Assembly: GCA_008632985.1 (NCBI GenBank)
Contig: QPGO01000300.1
Location: 48,525-68,524 of the forward strand
Origin: Psammoneis japonica
Lineage: Eukaryota
Direction of reading: 5' to 3'
Length of the DNA: 20,000 nucleotides
Below the pieces are notes generated by a model. It was not told where the DNA came from, made no database searches, and saw nothing but the letters and a program-made list of their open reading frames with translations. The position numbers and the translations under genes are program-made. Shown here piece after piece: positions 10,131-20,000 of the stretch (positions are counted from its first letter, which is position 1; every line of letters starts with the position of its first letter).

Positions 10131-13100
10131 ACAGCTTTCAAGAACTGTGCAGCAGGTCAGAACAAAACTGCCAACTCATCTTGAGATGTGATCCCATCAT
10201 GTGATGTGACACATCAAGAATGGAGTTGTCCGACTGGTTTTGTGGATCCCAATCTGATGTGGGAATGCTGTCCAACAAGGAAAGCATGAGGTCTGAGGAG
10301 TCTAAAGAATCCAGCGTCTTTAAGTCCATGCCATCTGATGCACTGGCCTGGGTCCACGAGTGCCCCAGACAATTGAGGGTGACCTGAGAAGCATGATGAT
10401 TGGAAAGAGATGAACATCTGCAATGCATTTGGAGCTTCTTGCAGCTTTTCCAAGGCTGCGCAGAACACATTTCCAGCATCCGCAACCCCATCAAACTAAA
10501 AGCGTGCAGAAAAGACGGACGTGAACCAACCAACAGTCCTGGCAAGGTCAAGCCCAGAGGCGATGATGCCCGATTTGCGGCCATGACCTTCAACGATGAT
10601 GCAGACATCTGTGCTTTCACCAGATGGCTCCACCAGACTCTGGGCAAGTGCCAAGACCACTGGATCTTTGACAGCAATGGTCAACAGCAGCCCTTCGATG
10701 TTTGCACATTCAACCAAAAATGATGTCCCATCCTTTCTGGGCTCAACACTTGCACGCCCATCTTGCAAAGCTCTCAAAGGCAACTTAAAGGGAGGTGCCA
10801 CTGTGTGGCACCAGTGCGCAAGCTTGTTTGACAAGGAAGATGATTTTGAGCACTTCTGCAGTGCAGATGTCCACTGTGCAAAGGAGTGTGATTTTGCCGG
10901 GAGGCTCGCTGGTCCCTGGCGTCAGTTGGGAGCACAGGCCAAATTGAGGTCATCCACAATCACTCTCCAGCTGACCTCATCAATGACAAGGTGATGAACA
11001 ACAGTCAACAGCAGGGGTGGATCAGGTGATGGCCTTCTGAATGGTGCTGCTGCTGCCATTGTTGGCCCATTCTCCAAGTCACGCAAAGATTGATCTCGTT
11101 CAATTTCGCGTTCAATTTCAATCAGCAGCCCATCAAATTTTAACATTTGAATTGTCTTCAATGTGGAATGCGAGAAATCTTGATGCAATTTCATCAGTGT
11201 GCTGGATCTGCCTGGCATGACGATTCACTGTTTCATGAGAGAAGCGCAAAGTGTCATGATGGATGATGAGTGACAGGAGTGCAGCCTGGAGAGCTGCCTC
11301 ATCAACATCATTCCAAACCAGAAACATTGTTGACTGGTTGCAGTGCAAAGGTGCTGGAAACTGCTTGCCAAAAAACCATCTGAGGATTGGGGTCAGGTGA
11401 ACCAGCCAATTTTGGCCCTTTGTTCAGGTGGTCCAAATGAAGCCCAAAAGAGGCTGCAGAAAGCAAAAAGGAAGCAAGCTTCTCCACTGTCTTAAATTCC
11501 ATCACAGAAATCACATTGAGACAGTGCTCAAGGCTCTGGGCAAGGGCAGCCAGCTGAAAGCTCAGGAGGGAGTCTCCTCCCAGCACAAAGAAACTGTCCT
11601 GCATGTCCACCCATGGAAGGTCCAGCACTTTGCAAAACATCGCTGCCAGCCTGACTTCCTCAGTCATCCTGGGTTCCAGAAAATCCTTGGCAGATCTTTG
11701 GAATGCAGTGACAGCGTTGCCACCCGGATGATCTCTGTGAACTGATTCCAGCTCATCATGCTTTCCAATGATGCTCGATTCTGTGCAAGGGTTGCACCCC
11801 GCAGGATGCTTTCAAGTTGATCAATCGCCTGCCCAACCGTTGACCAATCAAACAGGTCTGTGGCAAACTTGGCTTCAACGAGCAAGTGGTCACCAGATCC
11901 CAGACTGAACCTGATTGAAAAAAACAAACATCGCTGTCTTGGTCTCCTTCACTTCAAGCTCTGCCACTTTCAGCCCATCCAACACCAGGCCTGGAGCAAC
12001 ATTTTCATGTGTTCGTCAACAGCCAGCATTGTTTGAACAAGCAGGGTCTGTCCCCGCAATCTTGAATGAACTGGCCTTTTCACAAGATCCTCCAAGGCAA
12101 TGTCTTGATGATCAAATGTCATGACAGTTGCCCGCTTCACCTTTGCAACAAGTTCCGAAAATGTGAGATTCGCGCCAAGTTGGAATTTGATTGGCAGCAT
12201 GTTGACAAACATGCCAATGAGGGACTCTGTTTTTGGGTGAGATTGTCCTGATGACAGGACACCTGCAATGATTTCTTTTGGCCGGTGAGGTGATGGAGCA
12301 AAATGAAATGTGCAGAGAGCAAGATGGAGAAAGATGTTGTTGCATGTGTGGCTGCAGCTGCACAGAGTGCAGACACAATCCCATGGAACTGTTTCATGAA
12401 GCTCCCACCTTCACCCGAGTGGAGCACAGGTCTGAGCCTGTCAGTGGGAAGGCACAGAGGTTTGGGATTCTCCCCAAGCTCCTCCCTCCAGCAATCTGGC
12501 AGTTCTTGGCAGGCCGCACTCCACCAAAACTTTGCCTCCCAAAGGCAGAAGTTGCCAAATTGAATTGTGAGAAGTGGCAAGCGTTGATTTGCACAGGCAG
12601 CTGACAGCTCCATGCACAAAATGTCCCATGACAGACCATCAATGGCAATGTGGTGTGCAGTGATGACAAGCTGCAAGCGTTGCTCTTCAAGCCAAACAAG
12701 CAGTGCTTGGATGGGCAAAGTGTTTGAATCTTTGAGGTGGAAAGGAGCTGAAGCGATGTCTGTCATTGCTTTCTTCATGTGCAGCTGCCTGTCACCATCT
12801 TCCACATTGCACACATCAAGCTGACGCAAGAGAAACAAAAAATCATCTTGGACAACTTGAAAGGGTTCTTTTGTAGAATGCCCACAAGAAGAGCGGAGGA
12901 TCTCATGGCAACTGATGACAGTTCGGAGTGTGTTTTCAAGGCAACAATGATTCACAACATCATTTCTCAGATCAAAAACTGCAGATGCATGGCAGATCGG
13001 TGAACTGGGATCAAGCAGATGAAGGAAATGCATTTGTGCTTGTGCCAAGGAGAGAGGAAGCTGCTTTCCAACTCTTTGGCTGCATGGGCAGACCTCAATG

Positions 13101-15023
13101 TCCACGTTGTCTGTTGCTCCAGCATCCACGATGCGTGACAAAACATCACTTAGAGTGGGTTCTGCAAAAAACTCAGTGAACCGGACCCGTGTCACAAATT
13201 CTTGTCTCACTTTACCGAGGAGCCTCACGGCTGAAAGAGATTGACCTCCAAGGCTGAAAAAGTCAGCATCCTGCCCAACATCTTGCGGCTCGAGATCCAG
13301 CACATCAGCAAAAATCTGTGGCAGTTTCTTGCACAGCGGTGACTGATGATTCTTTGGATCATGAGACCCGACCGTCGAAGCCCAGGAGTGATCTGGGAGG
13401 CGAGATCTGTCCGTTTTGCCAGAGGAGTCGACCCGGCATGCAGCAATCTTGACAAATGCAGCAGGGACCATGTGATCTGGAAGAGAAGATGCCAGATGGG
13501 ATTGCAGACTGCATGCATCTGGCCTTGTGCCCATTCTCTCTGGGACCAACTGTGCACAAAGAAATGGAATGCCTTCCTTTTGGTGGCAAAGAGCGACAGC
13601 ACAAGCTCAAACATCCCTCCTTTTGAGCAACTTTGTTTCAATTTCACTAAGCTCAATCCGAAACCCTTGCAGTTTCACCTGTGTGTCCAGCCTTCTGAGA
13701 TGCTCAATGCTGCCATTGGGAAGCCAGCGGCAGCGGTCTCCGGTCTTGCAGATGACTGGCATTTCGGCTGAAACAGAGAATCTGTTTTTGACGAATTTCT
13801 CTGCCGCAAGGTCTGGCAAGTTGAGATGCCCACGGGCCACCTGTGGGCCCGCTGCACAGAGCTTGCCCGGAACACTGGGTTTCACAGGTTCACCATCAGA
13901 ATCAAGGATGTAAAGCTTTGTGCTGCCAGGATTCGAAAACCCAATTGACTTTGGATGTTTCATGTCAGGAGTGCATTGGATGGATGTCACAGTGACCGTT
14001 GCTTTGGCAGGTCCACATTGATTGTTGATGAGACAGCAAGGTGCTGTGCCCATTCTCTGATCAACAGGGGAGGGACAGCCTCACCACCAATGGCAGCCAT
14101 GTGCAAATTGGGAACCTCCTGAGGTGACACTGTGCCAAGCTGTGTTGGAGTGCACCCAAGGGTTGTGACATTGCATGTGCAAATAAACTTGCCAAAGCCT
14201 TCAAGGGCCGTCCACTTGTCACAAAGAACCGCCATCCCACCAAATGCCCACACCATCCAAATGTCAAAAACAGATGAATCAAAGGTCAGCTGCCATGATT
14301 TGGATGACCCGCTTGTTGGGCCCAGGGTCAAGGACAGCCCGCATCAAATCAATGCAATGGGCCACAGCCAAGTTTGGAACCACAAAACCCTTGGGCTTGC
14401 TGGCAGTGCCCGATGTAAAAATCACACAAGCAAGTTTGTTCCCTGTGACCATTTCCTCTGTCTCTGCTGTTGGTGAATCATGGTGGAGGATGAGATCATT
14501 GTTGTTGACCACACACAGCGGCTCAATGCCCAGCTTGGAAAACTGCTTGGAACAGGCCTTGCTGCACATGACCAATGATGGCAAAATGTCTTCCAGCACG
14601 GTTTGGATGCGAGCATTGGGAAGTCGCAAGCCAAGAGGGACGCAGGCCCCACTGGCTTTTAGAACGGCCAGTGCAGGTGCCAAACAGCCAATTGTCCATT
14701 CAGCAGCCAAGCTGACGAGAGAGGATTCGGGTCCGATGCCGCAATGCAATTGCAGCCTGGCAGCCAACAAGTCAGCAAGCACAATCAAGTTTTCTGCAGG
14801 AGAGCTTCTGCTTTCCCGTTGCATCTTCAAGGGCTGCATTGTCGGGCACTTGTCTTGCTGTCCGTGCAAAGATCTCTCTGAGGGTGGCAAGACCACGATG
14901 CGGACGAATCTCTCTGCCGAGCTCCAACACATTCACACCTTCTTCCTTGTCATGCAGTGGCAGTGGTGCCATCTCTGCACTGTGCCAAAGCAGCTTTTGT
15001 GCATGCGTTGCAGCATCTTCCAT
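10130..15023 (-). pseudogene. Non-ribosomal peptide synthetase pseudogene, domain order A-T-C-T-E, multiple frameshifts and stops
   Basis: A domain: KLSCRKLD, LKASGACVPL, LACVIFTSGTASKPKG (14387-14428), TFDSSV, CGPAKAT, GKLCAAGPQVARGHLN, CKTGD (13736-13750), DTQVKLQGFRIELSEIE, LPDHMVP, SGKTDR. T1: FFSLGGQSL (GGQSL 13235-13249). C: PLSLAQ, HEILRS, HHIAIDG (12635-12655), LPTDRLRP, GMFVNMLPI. T2: FFVLGGDSL (GGDSL 11566-11580). E: LTPILRWFF, HCNQS, HHLVIDEVSW (10967-10996), EGHGRK (10574-10591), RTVGWFTS (10517-10540), TLNCLGH (10360-10380). Confidence 0.95.
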
Positions 15024-15036
15024 CAAAGGACGATGG

Positions 15037-15042
15037 TGTGTG

Positions 15043-15084
<42 letters not shown>
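15037..15084. repeat. Compound microsatellite (TG)3CA(TG)7(AG)13
   Basis: Read directly from the sequence; lies just upstream of the first NRPS ATG (15023, minus strand). Confidence 0.95.
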
Positions 15085-15092
<8 letters not shown>

Positions 15093-15886
15093 ACAAAGAT
15101 GGTTTGGCTTGAGAGAAGGAGCTGCAGGTTGTGATGAGAGGTGGGTTGGCCATCGGCCATCCCAACAACATCACACTGTGCACTGCAAGTGACGTTGGTG
15201 TTTGCAACATTCATTTTTATGTCCATCATGGTGCACCACACAAAAACACACCAACGCCACATGCCGCTTGCAATGTCAAAACAAACAATGTCAAAGACAT
15301 TGTCAGGAACTGACAACAACTGTTTCAGGAAACACTTGTCAACATCAACAATGCAAAGCCAACTGGGAATGCTCTGACTCTTTTTGCTGAACATTGGAGG
15401 TGAGTTGAAGCTGACAAGAGTGGGAAAGATCTGGGGAAGTCAGCTGGTTGTCAACCTCACTTTTGTTCTGCTGGCTCTCATGTTTCTTCAGAGTGGCAAG
15501 GTCATTTGCAATGTTGAGCATTGTGACAAATTGGCGATGACACATGCAACTGCACATTGCTCCAAATGTTTTGTTTCAGTTTTGAGACCAAGAGGGCAAC
15601 AAGAACAAACAAGAGCTGGTGTGTCCCCAAGATGCCACGGTGGCAAGTCTGCCTCTTCTCATTTGAAGTGAGTTTGTTTTTTCCTCCTTGCCCCAGCTTT
15701 CAACAATCTTGCCAACCTTTGCATTGTTTGTTTGTTCTCTCACATTCTCTGATGCTTTAGTTTGCTCTCTGTGTGAATCCAACTCTTCGTGTCCAACTGC
15801 ACACTTGCTGCGACATGTGTTGCTGCAGAATGAATGGTCAAGACCATCCTTTTAACATCAAGAGGTGGAGGCAACAACACTTGACT

Positions 15887-17871
15887 TTAAGGATTCACTT
15901 GGATCCCCCATTTGAAGGAATGAGTGGAGCCAAGCAAGGTTGATTTGCCTTTGACAAATTCTGGAGAAATGTGTGCCTGCAGCTGTTTGAGACAATGTGT
16001 CTTCTTCAATCTCTTCCTGTGGCTAAATTGATTTTGACATGCACTCAATTGCAGCATTGTCAACAAGTCTGCAAAATCAAATTGACTGCAGAAGCATTGT
16101 CTCTTTTCCATCATGGTTTGTTGGCTTCTCTCATGCTTCAGCGCCAGGCGCACACTGCAAAAAGATGCACTTCCACAGTCTCTGCAAGTGTGCTCTCTGT
16201 TCTGAGCAAACCCACAAAGCTCAAGTCCCCCCCCCCCAACAAAAGGCAAGTTTCCTTCACTTGTTTGGTGCCAGTTGTGACCAACACAGTCCTTTCATCT
16301 TGCAGCCAACATCGTGGTCCTTTCATCTTTGGTGGCTGGCCAGTCTAGAGTGCAGCCGCTGCAGGGCTGTTTTTGGTTGGCCTGCTGCAGGAAACTGCTT
16401 GGCTGCTTGTCTCTTGCAATGTGTGGGTGGCTCATTTCCTTTTGCAATCATTTTTCCATGCAGAGCTGACAGAAGTTCTGAGCAAGCCCATGAAAGCTCA
16501 AGTTGGTGCAACAAATCTGGCACACATTGTGCAACAAAACAAAAGAGAAATCCTCTTTGTTTCCTTTGAGCCTTGTTCAGCAAGCCAACAAGGGGGGATC
16601 AGCGAGCAATGTGCACATCCTGTGTGAGCTTGAGAGCAGAATTTTGGGTCATGCTGAGCTGCTCTTGTGGCCCTGGAGTTCCTCCCAGACAAAAAGAAAG
16701 TTTCCTGCACTTGTTTGGCGCCAGTTGTGACCAACACATTCCTTTCATGTTGCAGCCAACATCATGGTCCTTTCATCTTCAGAGGCTGTCCAGTCCAGAG
16801 TGCAGCCACTGCAGTGCTTCTTCAAGCAGCTTGCCACAGGAAACTGCTTGGCTTCTTGTCTCTTGTGTTGCAGGTGGCTTTTTTTCCTTTTGCAATCATT
16901 GTTTCATGCAGAGATGACAGAAATGTCCATTTGACTGCAGCGGCACAGCTGCGTGATCTGACCCAATGCAGGTGTCATGAGAGGATGACAGCCCACCATG
17001 ATGGAGGCTGATGGAGCTGTGCCCTGCATCTGGTCTTGCCAGCACAGCGCCACAAACAAACACAACTCCTGTGACACCACACCACTGGAAAATGCACTCT
17101 TGATTGCTTGTCTCTTGTGTTGCAGGTGGATCCTTTCCTTTTGCAGCCATTCACACAGATCTGGCTGCTGAGCCACACCAAGCAGCCTTGCTGCCCCTCC
17201 GCTTGCAAGCACAATGCCAACAACAGAACCTGGCACCTCATCACTGAGAGTCAACCTTTGATCTGTCAAGCACAAACTCAAAACAAAGTGCACAAGCTTG
17301 TGAGAGCTGAGAGCCTGAGTTTTGCAGCAAAGCCACATGAAGGGCTTTTGTTTGCCCTGCTTGTTTGGGTTTTCTCTCCTGCTGCTTTTCTTTTCATTGG
17401 CACCATCATCAGAGAGAAACACAGCATGCTGCTCATTGTCAATTTTGGTGGGAAATGTTTGGCAGCAAACAGAACATTGGCTGTTGCTGCGCAAATTGTG
17501 AAAATCTGGAGTCCAAGCAGCACAACCACAAGAAGAAGCTTCTGTCCATTTTTGGGTTTTCTCTCACCTCTCTTGCCATTGACACACTTGTCACAGAATG
17601 AATGTGGATGTCACACATCAACATTTTTTACAGGAAAAGGTTTGGTGACAAAATTGGTCATCGGTTGTTGCCACATCATGGATGGTTTGCAGTTTCTGTC
17701 TGTGTTGTTGCAGCAGCATGAGAAGCAAAAAATGTCTGGCCATCACATGCACTGACACAACATGCAGTGTTCTGCTCTTCTCTCTTCAATCTTCTGCTTT
17801 TCTCCACTTTTCCCAAGCTTTTCCTCTTGTTTTTTTTTCAGAAACTTGGAGCTGATTTGGCGATTGCTCAT
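15887..17871 (-). pseudogene. Relic of an unknown gene with an internally duplicated segment
   Basis: ATG at 17871 (MSNRQISSKFLKKKQEEKLGKSGEKQKIEERRAEH), intron-like 17765-17700 (GCATGT...TTCTCAT...AACACAG), then broken protein-like frames (16904..17494, 15887..16249) containing the duplicated ALQ.LHS.L.S..R*KDHDVGC.MKG.CWSQLAPNK.RKL.FC.GG unit. Confidence 0.4.
16248..16922. repeat. Diverged direct repeat of ~225 bp (16248-16474 and 16698-16922, 450-bp spacing), with a partial third copy at ~17106-17145
   Basis: AAGTTTCCT.CACTTGTTTGG.GCCAGTTGTGACCAACACA.TCCTTTCAT.TTGCAGCCAACATC.TGGTCCTTTCATCTT...CAGGAAACTGCTTGGCT.CTTGTCTCTTG is present in both copies. Confidence 0.9.
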
Positions 17872-18081
17872 TTGGATTGTGTTGGTTTGTCTGAACAACG
17901 ACGCACAAGAAGCCAAGTGTTCCAGGTTCCAAAAAAGGCTGTCATGCTTCCAGCTCACCCCACACAAACAGATGCTCACATTGCGCCTGTTGGTCGATGT
18001 TGCTGTGCAATTGATTGTGATGCTTCATCACTGCAAAATTAAATTCATGATGTTTGTGGGGTCATGAATTGCTTGTTCACA

Positions 18082-19050
18082 TCAACATGTGCGCGCAAGC
18101 AAACAATCAAAACAATGGTCAATGTCATCATGGCTGTCCTCAACAGCCCTGGTTTCTTGACCGTCAGAAATGTTCCACAGTGAAAGTCCATTGTCCATGC
18201 TGGTGGCCAGCATGCAAGAGTCAGCAGAAAAATGAATGGAACATGCTCCTGCTGCCTTTCCTGAAATGCATGGTGTCAATGCTTGCAGCCACCAATGGCT
18301 GTCATCATGCTGCCACATCTTGACTGCATCAACAGCAGCAGTGGCAAACAATCGACCATCAGGAGAGAATGATGCTGCATGTGCACTTCCTTCTTGTGAC
18401 CTTTTGTGTGACCTTCAAGGCCGTCCTTGGGAGACTTTGCTGTGTCTCACATTGAGTGGCCATGATTGAAAGCAGTGCCGCTTTCACTCGAATCCGATCT
18501 GACACCAAGCAAGACGTGCCGTCCATCAGGGGAAGTGCAAAGGACGTCCCATCCAAAAAGGACAGCTGCTCATCTGTTTTTTCTTTCTTGGTTCTGTCCC
18601 AGATTTGAGTGTTGCCACCAACAACAGCAACAAGTCTTTTGTCATTGGGTGAGTGTGCCACTTGACTTGTTCCAGACTTTGGTGTGCACACACGCAAAAA
18701 AAATCCCCTTTTCACATGAAACACACAGTCCAAACTTGCGGCACAACTTTGAACAGTTAAAATGTGATGATCTTCAAATCTGTTGTTGCAAGTGCATGCA
18801 GAAAGGTCTTGTGCATGTGCCCATGCATTCGAAACTGAGGATGGACCAAGTTGTTGATCCCCAAATTGCTCCGCAAGATGAGAGCTCTTTTTTCCGATGA
18901 GTGATTTGTGCTGCATTTGTGTGTCGACAAACAACATCAATTGCTGTTCTTGCACAACAATTTGCTCTCGAGTGCAACATTGACAATGTTTTGTCATCTC
19001 ATTTGGGTGCAAGTTGCTCTCAACAGATTGGACAAAACATTCATTGACTG
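18082..19050 (-). pseudogene. WD40/beta-propeller repeat protein relic
   Basis: Blade-like motifs VAHSPNDKRLVAVVGGNTQIWD (~18596-18661), SFSPDGRLFATAAVDAVKMW (~18313-18372) and IHFSADSCMLATSMDNGLSLWN (~18171-18236), in different frames. 5' end uncertain. Confidence 0.7.
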
Positions 19051-20000
19051 ACAAGTTTTGGAAGATGTGAGAAGAAGTGAAGCTCAGCACATGCAATGGC
19101 GTCGACTTTGGAGTGTCAGCACAAATGACTGACACACTTGCACAAGTCAATGCTGTGGAGGAAACACACATGGAAATGGAAAAGAAATGCACCTTGGAGG
19201 CAAATTGTGAGTGAGCTGAGGCTCAATTGTTGGTGATGAACAGACTGAGTCTTCTTGTGCCGACGTGTTCCAGCCCCACAGGTGATGCACAAAACGACAA
19301 TCAATTTTGAACATGAATCATGCATCTCTTGTGTGTGCGGCATTTGCGTGTGGGACACTTGGGCAAATGTGCTTTTGCAGGTGTCCAGAGCACAAACATT
19401 TGATTGATTTTTTTGTTGGCATGCAAGTCCTCATTGGATGTGCATCATGAACTCCCTCAGTGGACTCAAAGACTGTGCACAGTGCATTGTGTGCAGAGAT
19501 TTTTCTGCAGGCAGAAATTGCACCAGAAAGCATTGTAGAAAAATCATTCATGTTGACATCAAAATGATGGCAACAATTTCACCGACAATCATTCATTGCG
19601 TGTTGCGACTTGTTTGTTGCAACAAAAAACATGGATTGCAAAAAAACAACAACATTGCAACACTGAGCCCATCCCTCATCATTGCACAAAAACAAAAACA
19701 AAAACAAAAAGTTTTTTTGTTTTTGTGACATGTGCAATGGCCTTGTTGTCAAACAAAAACAAAAACACCCCTTCCATGCATTTTTGCACCAAACCAAGCA
19801 TGTGCAGAGCCACGCGCTGACAACACTGGCTCTAGAAAGCCGCAACAAACAAAAGGGGCAAGACACGCAATGGCATGCTCGAATCCATTTTATGACAGCA
19901 ATTGTTGGTCAATCATGGCACAGGTCAATGCAGTCAACACTGTTGATTGAATGTCATCCACAGCACAGTTGACAAGGTGAAACATGGCAGCTCATGTGCA

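Larger units (their letters stand above)
1..20000. other. TpA-depleted, TG/CA-enriched hypermutated domain (whole window except the 3839-5712 island)
   Basis: Manual count: 16 TA dinucleotides in 9541-15060 (~5.5 kb; several hundred expected from base composition) and only one in 12001-13020. The 470-aa ORF 12137..13549 contains no Tyr. Conserved Tyr in NRPS motifs read as Cys or His. By contrast there are 5 TA in 4201-4260 and 7 in 5581-5660. Confidence 0.95.

Noticed and set aside
10130..15023. Alternative genetic code, or a functional RNA-edited NRPS, explaining Tyr->Cys/His
   Set aside because: Multiple frameshifts and stops are present, TA loss is frame-independent and extends to introns and intergenic DNA, and both Cys and His replace Tyr.
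19685..19727. Hairpin CACAAAAACAAAAA...TTTTTGTTTTTGTG as a terminator or element end
   Set aside because: Low-complexity (CAAAAA)n sequence makes such complementarity likely by chance, and no partner terminus was found.
1..20000. Classical fungal RIP
   Set aside because: RIP enriches TpA and depletes CpA/TpG; this window shows the reverse.

Overview
Eukaryotic genomic DNA (short spliceosomal introns; style suggests a diatom/stramenopile, which is inference) containing no intact gene I can support. Almost the whole window is a field of gene relics in which TpA dinucleotides have been nearly eliminated by apparent TA->TG / TA->CA changes on both strands, on top of CpG decay. This is the opposite direction to fungal RIP. 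Recognisable relics: a 3-exon gene of an unnamed family (507-1778, +), an intron-free NRPS with A-T-C-T-E architecture and a possible unknown C-terminal region (~8.8-15.0 kb, -), two unknown intron-bearing genes, and a WD40-repeat gene. A 1.87-kb island (3839-5712) still has normal TpA content. It is a younger non-autonomous TIR DNA transposon (ISL2EU/PHIS-like: AT target duplication, transposase C-terminal remnant) whose interior is a higher-order minisatellite, and its repeat copies show the TA<->TG/CA change in progress. Most of the supplied short Cys/His-rich ORFs are by-products of TAA/TAG stop-codon loss.
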